NCBI GenBank assembly: GCA_040905565.1
Contig: JBBDRF010000061.1
Coordinates: 1-24,747, forward strand
Length of the DNA stretch: 24,747 nt
Source of the DNA: Phycisphaeraceae bacterium
GTDB taxonomy: Bacteria; Planctomycetota; Phycisphaerae; Phycisphaerales; Zrk34
Direction: 5' to 3'
The notes under the pieces are model-generated. The model did no database searches. It saw nothing but the letters and a program-made list of their open reading frames with translations, and was not told the origin of the DNA. Shown here piece by piece: positions 8,255 to 16,836 of the stretch. Position numbers and translations under genes: made by a program. Position 1 is the first letter of the stretch; each line of letters starts with the position of its first letter.

Positions 8255-9296
8255 GTCCGCCCCTTCGGATATCCTACGGAGCATGGAGACGACGCAACCG
8301 TACACACCGTTCGACGCCGAGGGCGGGCTCATTTTGGCCACACGGCTGCCCGGCGAGCCAAACGATTTCGACACGCACCGACGCACCTGGACCGAGCTCA
8401 CGCCGCCTGAGGCCGAGCCCCCCCTCTGGGTCCACCTCGATCGCACCCGCGACCGCGCTCAGCAGTGGCTCCGGCAGGAGGCGGGCTTGGATCCCATCGT
8501 GGCCGAATCGCTGCTGGCTGAGGAAACCCGCCCCCGCGCCCAGGTCATCGGCCAGGGATTGCTGGTCATCCTCCGAGGCATCAACGCCAACCCCGGGGCT
8601 GAGCCTGATGAGCTGATCGCCATCCGCATGTGGCTCGAGGCCAACCGCATCATCACGCTGAGGCAGTACCGTTTCCGCACCATCGCCGACCTGCGCGCCC
8701 GCGCTCAGCGGGGGGCGGCTCCCGTCACAGCCGGCGCGTTCCTCACCGCCGTGGCCACCGGGCTGGTCTCGCACATGACGCCGAGCATCAACAATCTGGA
8801 AGAACGACTCGACGAGATCGAGGAGGAGATGCTGACGCAGGAGATCGACCCGCCGATCCGCCGCTCGCAGCTGGCCACCATCCGCCGACAGGCCATCGCT
8901 TATCGCCGTTTCCTCGTGCCGCAGCGTGATGCTTTGGCGAGTCTGGTCAACGGTTCGCCGCCGCTGCTGTCGCCCCGCGATCAGGTGGAGCTGCGTGTCG
9001 CGATGGAGCAGGCGGCGCGTGTGACTGAAGCCTTGGAGGAACTGCGTGATCGTGCCGCCGTGACCCAGGAAGAAATGCGCGCCCGCCACGACGCACGAAG
9101 CGGCCGCACCCTTTACCTGCTGACACTGGTCGCCACCGTCGCCCTTCCGCTGGGCCTGATCACCGGCCTGCTCGGCGTCAACGTCGGCGGCATCCCCCTC
9201 GCCAGCTCCACATGGGGCTTCGCCATCACCTGCCTCGCCCTCGTCGCCATCGCCATCGGGCAGGTGCTGTGGTTTAAGAAGATGAAGTGGATCTAG
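8253..9296 (+). CDS. zntB: Zinc transporter ZntB (CorA family; start 8253 or 8283)
   Basis: WVHLD, LLAEETRPR, LRGINANPGAEP, PQRDAL, signature GLLGVNVGGIP and two C-terminal TMs. Confidence 0.9.
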   Translation: MSAPSDILRSMETTQPYTPFDAEGGLILATRLPGEPNDFDTHRRTWTELTPPEAEPPLWVHLDRTRDRAQQWLRQEAGLDPIVAESLLAEETRPRAQVIGQGLLVILRGINANPGAEPDELIAIRMWLEANRIITLRQYRFRTIADLRARAQRGAAPVTAGAFLTAVATGLVSHMTPSINNLEERLDEIEEEMLTQEIDPPIRRSQLATIRRQAIAYRRFLVPQRDALASLVNGSPPLLSPRDQVELRVAMEQAARVTEALEELRDRAAVTQEEMRARHDARSGRTLYLLTLVATVALPLGLITGLLGVNVGGIPLASSTWGFAITCLALVAIAIGQVLWFKKMKWI

Positions 9297-9400
9297 AGCG
9301 GAAGCGGAATATTCCGCAGTCGCACTACGCTCTGTTCATCCTATGAGAGCCACGAGAGTAGTATTCTCGCTCCGCGAGACTCAAAATAAAGGCGCTAACG

Positions 9401-10363
9401 ATGCGATATCTGGGTCGAATACTGGTCGTCTGGGTGTTTGTGCTGCTGCCTGTTGTGGCGGTGGGGCAGGAGCCGACCGCGGCGGAGGGCGCTGCCCAGC
9501 TGCGGGTGATGTCGTTCAACATGTGGAACGGCGGCGACGAGGGCGGGCAACCGCTGGAGCAGACGAAGGCGGTGATCCTCGCTTCAAAGGCGGACATCGT
9601 CGGCGTCCAGGAAAGTCGCGGCGTCGCGGAGGAGGGACCTCGCCCGGACAATGCCGCTCGCCTGGCGGAGATGCTCGGCTGGCACCATTTCGACCAGGGT
9701 GATAACAGCACGTCGATCCTGAGCCGCTTTCCCATTATCGATGCCACGCCTCGTGGTTGGGGGGTGGCGGTGGAACTTGAAAACGGCAAACGCATGTACG
9801 TCTTCAACGCGCATCTGCCTGCGTCGCCCTACCAGCCTTATCAACTCCTGGACATTCCCTACGGCGACGCTCCGTTCCTCAAAGGCGAGGAGGCATTGAT
9901 CGAGGCTGCGATTGCGGCGCGTGGCGCTCAGGTGGATCGCCTGCTTTCGGAGTTGCGGGTGGCCTTGATGAGCGACACGCCTGTGTTTTTGACCGGCGAC
10001 TTCAATGAGCCTTCGCACCTGGACTGGACCGAGGCCGCGACGGAAGCGGATGTCACGCCGCTGCGTGTGACCTACCCCACCAGCAAGAAGATCGTGGAAG
10101 CAGGCATGCACGACGCCTGGCGGTCGGTCTACCCCGACGAGGTCGCCCAGCCCGGCTGGACATGGACGCCGTTGACCGCTGAGGATGATCCGGAGGATCG
10201 TCACGATCGCATCGACTTCGTCTACGTGGCGGGGCCGGTGGCGATCTTGCATTGTGAGATTGTCGGCGAGCGCACCGAGCGTGCGGACATCGTGGTGCAG
10301 CCGTACCCGTCGGATCACCGAGCGGTGGTCGTGACGGTGGCGTTGCAAGCTGACACGCGTTGA
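9401..10363 (+). CDS. Secreted endonuclease/exonuclease/phosphatase family protein
   Basis: VMSFN, ADIVGVQE, TGDFNEPSHLDW, RIDFVY, SDHRAV; signal peptide. Confidence 0.9.
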   Translation: MRYLGRILVVWVFVLLPVVAVGQEPTAAEGAAQLRVMSFNMWNGGDEGGQPLEQTKAVILASKADIVGVQESRGVAEEGPRPDNAARLAEMLGWHHFDQGDNSTSILSRFPIIDATPRGWGVAVELENGKRMYVFNAHLPASPYQPYQLLDIPYGDAPFLKGEEALIEAAIAARGAQVDRLLSELRVALMSDTPVFLTGDFNEPSHLDWTEAATEADVTPLRVTYPTSKKIVEAGMHDAWRSVYPDEVAQPGWTWTPLTAEDDPEDRHDRIDFVYVAGPVAILHCEIVGERTERADIVVQPYPSDHRAVVVTVALQADTR

Positions 10364-10408
10364 AAGTAGACGCGTAGGCGTGAGTAGAGCCGTCGAGTAA
10401 AGATCCCG

Positions 10409-11947
10409 CTACGCGGCGGGCACCTCGGTCCGCAGTGGAGCTTCGAGGGTGACGCGTGTTCCCTTGCCCGGCGAACTGACGATCTCGAAACGGCCGCCGA
10501 TCATCGAGAGGCGTTCACGAATCGCGAAGTGCCCGAAGCCGTCGCCGGCCGCAGGGCCATCGACCGCAGACGGTTCGAATCCTCGCCCACAGTCTTCCAC
10601 CACGGCTCGAAGCGTCCCGTCCTCTGCCTCAAGCGTGACCGTCGCTTCGCGCACATCGGCGTGCTTGACGACGTTGAACAGCAGTTCCCGGATCGACTGA
10701 AACAGCAGCACCGCCGTCTGCTCGTCCGCCGGCTCCCGGGCAGCGGTATGAGTCACCCTCACCGACAGGCCGTGCTTCTCCTGCATCCAGCCAGCCAGCC
10801 ATGTGATCCCCTCCAACAAGCCGTTTTTGTAGAGCGCCTGCGGACTCAATTCACTGGTCAGCGATCGCGATTCGCTGATCGAATCTCGAATCAGCGTCCG
10901 TGCCCGCTCCACTTGACTGGAGAGGTTGGGCTCAGCCAGTTCCCGGTGTACCACCTGTAAAGAGAAGTCCGCAGCGACCAGAAGCTGCTGCAGGTGGTCG
11001 TGCAACACCTGTGCGATCCGCCGTCGCTCCTGGTCCTCAGCGTGAATCAACTGGGAGGTCAGGGCGCGAAGCTGAGTGGCTCGCTCTTCCGCTTCCTCCG
11101 TCCGATTGTGCAGCGCCTGCTCTGCCTGCTTGCGAAGGTCGATGTTCTCAATCACAGAGATGAAGTAGTCCGGCTCGCCCGTCGACTTCCGCACCAACGC
11201 GACGGTCAGGTTGATCCAGACGGTCGAACCATCTTTTCGAATGTAGCGCTTTTCCATGGAGTAGTTGGGAATCTGCCCCGCGACCAGCCGCGCCACCTGA
11301 GCCCAGTCAGCGTCCAGATCGTCCGGGTGCGTGATGTCGCCGAACGTCTTTTTGCGCAGTTCCTCAGGCGTATACCCGACGATCTCCGCCAGCCGCTCGT
11401 TCACGCAAAGCCATTGCCCATTGAGCCCGATGTGCGCGATGCCGACGGCTGCGTTCTCGAAGGTGGCACGGAATCGCGCCTCGGTTTGGCGCAGGTCGTT
11501 GTCCGCTTCGTGACGAGCCGTCACATCGCTCACAAAGCCCTGCAGGCACACCAGCCCCTTCTCATCGAATACGCCTCGGCCTCGATCCAGAACCCACCGG
11601 TCGCGACCGTCGGGATGTCGAACGCGGTACTCCAATGACCACGGCTGGCCTGCCCTGACCGCCGCGTCGACCTCTTGAACAAGCCTGGTGCGGTCCTCGG
11701 GGTAAATCAGTTTGGTCCACCGGACGCGCCCTTGCATCAGATCGTCCGCCGTGCAGCCGGCGATGGATTCGATCTGGCTGCTCACCCACGCGACAGTTTT
11801 GTCTTCATCGTGCCGGCAGCAATAAACAGCACCAGGCAGATTATCCACAAGTGCCGCGACGCTCGCGGCTTCATCGCCCTTGATCAGGTGCGGCAACCCG
11901 CGGTCAGCGCATCCCTGCTGACGATATTCCACGGCTGAATTCCTCAA
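10409..11947 (-). CDS. Cytoplasmic PAS-PAS sensor histidine kinase (HisKA_3/NarX type); start uncertain
   Basis: Two PAS/PAC domains (IYPED, ITHPDD), H-box ERRRIAQVLHDHLQQ, RELLFNVVKHA, VEDCGRGF, PGKGTRV. Confidence 0.9.
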   Translation of the reverse strand: MRNSAVEYRQQGCADRGLPHLIKGDEAASVAALVDNLPGAVYCCRHDEDKTVAWVSSQIESIAGCTADDLMQGRVRWTKLIYPEDRTRLVQEVDAAVRAGQPWSLEYRVRHPDGRDRWVLDRGRGVFDEKGLVCLQGFVSDVTARHEADNDLRQTEARFRATFENAAVGIAHIGLNGQWLCVNERLAEIVGYTPEELRKKTFGDITHPDDLDADWAQVARLVAGQIPNYSMEKRYIRKDGSTVWINLTVALVRKSTGEPDYFISVIENIDLRKQAEQALHNRTEEAEERATQLRALTSQLIHAEDQERRRIAQVLHDHLQQLLVAADFSLQVVHRELAEPNLSSQVERARTLIRDSISESRSLTSELSPQALYKNGLLEGITWLAGWMQEKHGLSVRVTHTAAREPADEQTAVLLFQSIRELLFNVVKHADVREATVTLEAEDGTLRAVVEDCGRGFEPSAVDGPAAGDGFGHFAIRERLSMIGGRFEIVSSPGKGTRVTLEAPLRTEVPAA

Positions 11948-12036
11948 AAGTCGTGCACACGCGACGAGAAACTGAATGTATCCGGGGTCATCCTACGCGC
12001 CATCTTGCCAATGTTCCGGCTACGGTGCGGCGCCTT

Positions 12037-12849
12037 TCAGTTGACCTCTTCTGAAAGCACCGCTGCGCGGCGTACCGTCTCGCCAAACAGGCCGATGCTC
12101 GTGCGGGTGTACTCCATACGCCGGTAGACGATGCCGACCTCAGGCACATAGCCGCCGGCCAGATCCAGCCGCACGTCCGCCCACGGGATGTCGATCTTGT
12201 GCTCGATCGGAATGAGGTACCCGTCCCAGACGCCCACATCTGTGGTCAGACGGGACCGGCTCGCAAAGAGCACCTTGTGTTCCACATTGCCCGTGTGCTC
12301 CAACTCCCCGGTCTCCAGGCTGTAAACACGTACGGTGCTGCGTTCGACAATCTGTTCGTGGGGGCGAATCTCCGCCGGCAGCATTCGCACAGGTGGATCG
12401 TAGACGACGGCGAAATCTTCGGAAGGCAGGTCCAGACGCACGATCGTGAGGGCGCCCTCTGGATGCACCGAAAGGTAGAGCGTGTTGAGATCGCTGAACT
12501 CCAGCACCCACTCGCCCGGCTCCTCACCTCGTGTGCGACGCAGTTCCAGTGGCAGGCGCTCGTCCAGCCGCTCACCGTCGATGACGCGGAACGTTCGCTC
12601 GCGTACCTGAAGCGGAAGCAGATGCTCCGCCCGCACCGCCTCGCCCGCCATTGCCGGCACCTCGCCCGGCGGGCTCACACCGTCCTGCGTCGGAAAATCG
12701 CGAGTGACCGCCACGGCCTCACCTTCCGGCGGTTGCCGTTGCTCAATCCCCACCGTCTGCTCCGGCGTCGGTGGTCCGGCAGTCTCGGCTTGGCATGAGA
12801 ACGTGGCAAACGCAAGCGCTAAAACCGTCAGTACACGTAAAAAGATCAT
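12037..12849 (-). CDS. Hypothetical exported protein, possible lipoprotein
   Basis: GGGAGG RBS, signal peptide ending ATFSC, beta-rich mature region. Confidence 0.75.
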   Translation of the reverse strand: MIFLRVLTVLALAFATFSCQAETAGPPTPEQTVGIEQRQPPEGEAVAVTRDFPTQDGVSPPGEVPAMAGEAVRAEHLLPLQVRERTFRVIDGERLDERLPLELRRTRGEEPGEWVLEFSDLNTLYLSVHPEGALTIVRLDLPSEDFAVVYDPPVRMLPAEIRPHEQIVERSTVRVYSLETGELEHTGNVEHKVLFASRSRLTTDVGVWDGYLIPIEHKIDIPWADVRLDLAGGYVPEVGIVYRRMEYTRTSIGLFGETVRRAAVLSEEVN

Positions 12850-12974
12850 CGCTCATCCCTCCCTCTCCGCGACGCTCTTTCATCATAGACCGTCGGACCG
12901 CCGACGCCCGGTCCCGGTCCTCGTCGTCCGCGTGGGGGGGGGCGTGGCTCCTCTGGATAAATAGAATCAGAACG

Positions 12975-13002
12975 TGCGTCTTTTTCGTGGCCGCTGCGTC
13001 TT
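12975..13002 (+). promoter_or_regulatory. TGCGTCTT direct repeat, candidate ECF/SigZ promoter
   Basis: TGCGTCTT at 12975 and 12995 (20 bp period); the second copy contains the ECF -10 CGTC; about 60 nt upstream of the Cys-rich peptide. Confidence 0.45.
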
Positions 13003-13062
13003 CAGGGGTGAGGGCATCGGATGGGCCGGTGCTTGCACGAACCTTTGTTCAGGAGATGCGCC

Positions 13063-13191
13063 ATGAATTGCGAGGATGTGATGGAGCCGACCAGGAACGG
13101 GATCGGATCAAACTGCGGTTGTGATTGCGACTGCGACTGCGACTGCGACTGCGGCGACGGAACCTGCACCTGCCCCGAAGGCTGTTGCTGA
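13063..13191 (+). CDS. Cys-rich metallothionein-like peptide, 42 aa: MNCEDVMEPTRNGIGSNCGCDCDCDCDCDCGDGTCTCPEGCC
   Basis: Hand translation, below the 60-aa ORF cutoff; AGGAG at 13051-13055; 12 Cys in CxC and CC motifs, no aromatic residues; co-oriented with the sigma gene. Confidence 0.72.
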   Translation: MNCEDVMEPTRNGIGSNCGCDCDCDCDCDCGDGTCTCPEGCC

Positions 13192-13261
13192 GCAACGCGC
13201 CGCGAGACACTGGCCAGTCGATTCGGCTCCATCGTGGGCCGGTCGACTGGTCGTTTGTATG

Positions 13262-13852
13262 ATGAGCAACGTGAGCACAGGCATGACCACGCAGCTAATC
13301 TGGCAGCAGTTCCGTGACGAACTCGACGCGTTCATCCGTCGGCGGGTGGCCAATGCGGCCGACGCGGAGGATCTGCGTCAACAGGTCTACCTGCACATCC
13401 ACCGTCATCTGAAACACAACGATCCGCCGCAGCACCTGCGAGGCTGGGTCTACCAGATCGCTCGCAACGCCATCACTGACCACCATCGCCGACGCGCTGG
13501 TCGACGCGAGCAACCGACCGGTGAAACGGATCTGGCGGCCAAGGCGCGAGCGACCGAGGCCGAGGCGTCGGCCGCAGAGGCGGCGCAGGGGCTGGCGCGG
13601 TGCCTGCTGGGGATGGTGGATCGGCTGCCCGAGCCGTACGGCCAGGCGTTGCGATGGACGGAGCTCGAGGGGATGACCCAGCAGCAGGCGGCGGCGCGGG
13701 CGGGCGTGTCGTTGTCAGGCATGAAGTCGCGGGTCCAGCGCGGCCGGGCGAAGCTGCAGGAGGCGCTGCTGGCGTGCTGCGAAGTCGAGTTCGACGCGCG
13801 ACGCCGGCCCACCAGCCACCGCTGCCGCAGCGCGTGCAACTGCTCGTCGTGA
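13262..13852 (+). CDS. sigZ: ECF sigma factor, SigZ-like (start 13259-13283)
   Basis: IWQQFRDELDAFIRRRV, WVYQIARNAITDHHR, SLSGMKSRVQRGRAKL and the characteristic tail ACCEVEFDARR..C...CNC. Confidence 0.88.
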   Translation: MSNVSTGMTTQLIWQQFRDELDAFIRRRVANAADAEDLRQQVYLHIHRHLKHNDPPQHLRGWVYQIARNAITDHHRRRAGRREQPTGETDLAAKARATEAEASAAEAAQGLARCLLGMVDRLPEPYGQALRWTELEGMTQQQAAARAGVSLSGMKSRVQRGRAKLQEALLACCEVEFDARRRPTSHRCRSACNCSS

Positions 13853-13901
13853 TGAATCGCTTGATGGAATCTACGCGTGGACCCGGTCCGCTCCGGCCCG
13901 C

Positions 13902-14651
13902 TTACGCCGAACGCTGACGGCGGCTGCGTCTTGTCAGGAGCATGCCGCCGAACAGGGCCATCGTGGCCAGACTGGCGGGTTCGGGGATGGCGGTGGAACT
14001 AATATGGCCGAGTGTAAAGGTCGTTTCCGAAGGCAGGCCGCCGAAGTCAGGCAGGCCGCCGAAGTCGAACGTCATGTTGAAGGTCTCGCTCAGGTCGAGG
14101 CCCGCGTCCGTGAAGTCGTCCAGCGAGAACAGCAGGGTGTAAGGCGTGGTCGACGCACTCAGCGTGAACGGAACGCTATGGCTTCCCGTGCTGGAGGTGG
14201 AGATGAACAAGCTGCCTTCGATGGAGGAGACAGCGTTCCCGAAATCGGCGCTGAGCACGTCCAGGCCGACTAGGTCGCCATCAACCAGGGTGGGAAGGTC
14301 GTACGTCGTGAACCGATTACCCGGAAGGTAGGTAAGCAGGAGCCGACCATCGTACGAATTGTCGAAAACCGGATCGTTGCTGCGATAGATGAGCGTGCCG
14401 TTGCCGGAGGTATCGACCTCAGCTTCGACGGAGCCCGAGGTCATCGACCCCTGCACGGTGACCGATCGCTGCTCTTCCAGCACGTGGGTCGGGTCAAGCC
14501 CCGTCTGATTGTCAGAGACATTACTGTCCGACGAATCGGCGGTGACGGTGGTCGGGCCGACCTGGAAGTCGTCAATGACACTGGCATGAACGGACCCGCC
14601 GCTCATAAGAACCCCGAGGAGCAGAAATGCTGCGAGACGGCGTGACGACAT
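13902..14651 (-). CDS. PEP-CTERM sorting domain protein
   Basis: Signal peptide; C-terminal IPEPASLATMALFGGMLLTRRSRR. Confidence 0.92.
   Translation of the reverse strand: MSSRRLAAFLLLGVLMSGGSVHASVIDDFQVGPTTVTADSSDSNVSDNQTGLDPTHVLEEQRSVTVQGSMTSGSVEAEVDTSGNGTLIYRSNDPVFDNSYDGRLLLTYLPGNRFTTYDLPTLVDGDLVGLDVLSADFGNAVSSIEGSLFISTSSTGSHSVPFTLSASTTPYTLLFSLDDFTDAGLDLSETFNMTFDFGGLPDFGGLPSETTFTLGHISSTAIPEPASLATMALFGGMLLTRRSRRQRSA
14031..14066. repeat. Exact 18-bp tandem duplication in the PEP-CTERM gene (DFGGLP x2)
   Basis: AGGCAGGCCGCCGAAGTC at 14031-14048 and 14049-14066. Confidence 0.95.
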
Positions 14652-14923
14652 GCTTCTGTCCTTTGTAAGGTCGGCGTATGTCGAAAAGAATACACCCGAA
14701 CCTCGTGCGGAACAACTTTTTTTTCAACCGCTTCTGCGGCCTCTGGTGATGCCCATCCCATGCCTTGATTCGCCTCGATTCGGCGTGCGGTTCCTGTCAC
14801 GGAACGAGAAGGCGGCGCGGCGAATCAGCTCACTCATCCGTTTTATCAGGCAAGCCGTGCCCGACGTCTCTTGGGCGAATCACAGTGACGCTGTTGCTAC
14901 GCCGTGTTATCTTCGCCCTTCCC

Positions 14924-15865
14924 ATGACACGCGAGCGGCTGGAGAAACACCAAGTCTGGCTCTACTTGGTGGCTGTGGCAACGGGTGTCGGCCTGGGCCT
15001 CTGGTTTCGCCTCGAGGTGGCCGATGCGCTGATCTACCTGCCGCTCGGCGTGCTTCTGTACGCAACGTTCGCACAGGTGCCGGTGACGCACTTGCCCGAG
15101 GCGATGCGGGATCGGCGGTATCTGACAGCCACTTTGCTGGCCAACTTCGTGCTCGTGCCAGTGGCGATCTGGCTTCTTGCCTGGCTCGCCCCGCCGGAAC
15201 CGGCCATCCTGCTCGGGCTCTACATGGTGCTGCTCGTGCCTTGCACGGATTGGTTCATCGTGTTCGCACACCTTGGGCGGGGTGACGCGAGGCTGGCGAT
15301 CACGAGCACCCCGATTATTCTGCTGGCCCAGTTCCTGCTGCTGCCGCTGTACCTCTGGCTGTTTATGGGCGAGACGTTCAGCGACATCATCCGGGCTGGT
15401 CCGTTCGTACAGGTGTTCGTGCTGCTGATCGTCATTCCCCTGATTCTTGCCGGATCGACGCAGATATGGGGAGATCGTCGCCCGACGGGGCGGAAGATGA
15501 TTGAAGGGCTGGCCTGGCTGCCGGTGCCATGCCTTGGAATCGTGCTGTTCCTGATTGCGACGACGCAGGCGGGGCAAGTCGTGGACGACATGAGGGGCAT
15601 GGAGCGCGTGGTGCTCGTCTTCGTGCTGTACCTGGTGGCTGCTGCAGGGATAGGGATGTTGACCGCATGGATGCTCGGGCTCTCATCAATCGCCGGGCGC
15701 ACACTGATCTTCAGCGTCGGTACGCGAAATTCGTTTGTCGTGTTGCCGTTCGCACTGGCATTGCCCGCCGGGTGGGAAGCTGCGGTGACCGTGGTGGTGC
15801 TTCAGCCGCTCGTCGAATTGCTGGGCATACTGGTCTACCTGCGCGTCGTGCCACGTTGTGTCTGA
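14924..15865 (+). CDS. Acr3-like arsenic resistance protein / BASS family transporter
   Basis: LLANFVLVP, LLVPCTDWFIVF..LGRGD, GTRNSFVVLPFALALP, LQPLVEL; about 10 TMs. Confidence 0.85.
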   Translation: MTRERLEKHQVWLYLVAVATGVGLGLWFRLEVADALIYLPLGVLLYATFAQVPVTHLPEAMRDRRYLTATLLANFVLVPVAIWLLAWLAPPEPAILLGLYMVLLVPCTDWFIVFAHLGRGDARLAITSTPIILLAQFLLLPLYLWLFMGETFSDIIRAGPFVQVFVLLIVIPLILAGSTQIWGDRRPTGRKMIEGLAWLPVPCLGIVLFLIATTQAGQVVDDMRGMERVVLVFVLYLVAAAGIGMLTAWMLGLSSIAGRTLIFSVGTRNSFVVLPFALALPAGWEAAVTVVVLQPLVELLGILVYLRVVPRCV

Positions 15866-15967
15866 GTCTTTCGTCGCGAATCGCCCCCGCATTTGGCGGT
15901 CTATCTTGGCAATCGCTTCGTGATTATCAGCGAGCAGACCCACAACCTCCCGCCGCCGCGGATCGGC

Positions 15968-15976
15968 TGCTATGAT
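15968..15976 (+). promoter_or_regulatory. Extended -10 element
   Basis: TGCTATGAT upstream of the DUF502 gene. Confidence 0.4.
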
Positions 15977-16058
15977 CGGGATACGCGGAGCGACCGAACA
16001 AGCGACACCTCCAAAAGCATGCCCGTGACCGGGAGATGCTGAGCCGCATGATCGCTTC

Positions 16059-16760
16059 GTGCAGACGCCAGTAGAGCCAGCAATCGGAGCGGAGCCACCT
16101 TTGGAACCACTGAAGCGATTCATCAAGACAACGACTCTCGGCGGCGTGATCGTCGTCCTGCCGCTGGGCATTCTGCTTTTCGTCTTCTCATGGCTGTGGG
16201 GCGTGATCACAAGCATCATCGCTCCGCTTACCAATCTGGTCGTGGGCGATGAGGCGACCAGCGTGCCGCGGCTGATCGTGAATGTACTCGCGATCGCCAT
16301 GATCTCGGTCGGATGCTTTGTAATCGGTCTCGGCGTGCGTACGGCCTTCGGCCGTTTCATCCAGTTCACCCTCGAAGAGCGGATCTTGGCAGCCATCCCG
16401 GGTTACCAGTTAATCAAGGAGACCGTGCTCGCACTCTTCGGGCGTGGCAAAGCGCCGTTCTCCAGCGTCGCCCTTTGCCGAATCTTCGACAATGACACGC
16501 TCGTCACCGGCTTTGTCACGGACGAGCATGAGGATGGCGGCTACTCAGTCTTCGTGCCGACTGGCCCCAATCCCACGTCCGGCGGAATCTTTCACCTGCG
16601 CCCGGAGCAGGTCACGATCGTGAATCAGCCAGCCGACGATGTGATGCGTTCGATCATCAGTTGCGGCGCAGGTTCGTCCAAACTTCTCGCTGAGTACCGC
16701 CGCATCCAAACAGGTGATCAGCCCGAACCGCCCGCCCAAGTCCCCTCCAGCCGAGAATAG
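16059..16760 (+). CDS. DUF502 domain membrane protein (start 16059 or 16101)
   Basis: GGVIVVLPL, IPGYQLIKE, GFVTD, VFVPTGPNPTSG. Confidence 0.88.
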   Translation: MQTPVEPAIGAEPPLEPLKRFIKTTTLGGVIVVLPLGILLFVFSWLWGVITSIIAPLTNLVVGDEATSVPRLIVNVLAIAMISVGCFVIGLGVRTAFGRFIQFTLEERILAAIPGYQLIKETVLALFGRGKAPFSSVALCRIFDNDTLVTGFVTDEHEDGGYSVFVPTGPNPTSGGIFHLRPEQVTIVNQPADDVMRSIISCGAGSSKLLAEYRRIQTGDQPEPPAQVPSSRE

Positions 16761-16836
16761 CTTACCCGCGGTATTCGCTCCCGCCGCCCTCGTCGCGCGG
16801 CGGCCGTGACACCGCGTTGGCATCGCTGGAAAGCGC

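Noticed and set aside
13002..13232. Minus-strand (QS)n ORF and the ATATAT N-terminal extension of the sigma ORF (13121)
   Set aside because: These are other readings of the GACTGC repeat. Only the Cys frame has an RBS and Cys motifs continuing outside the repeat.
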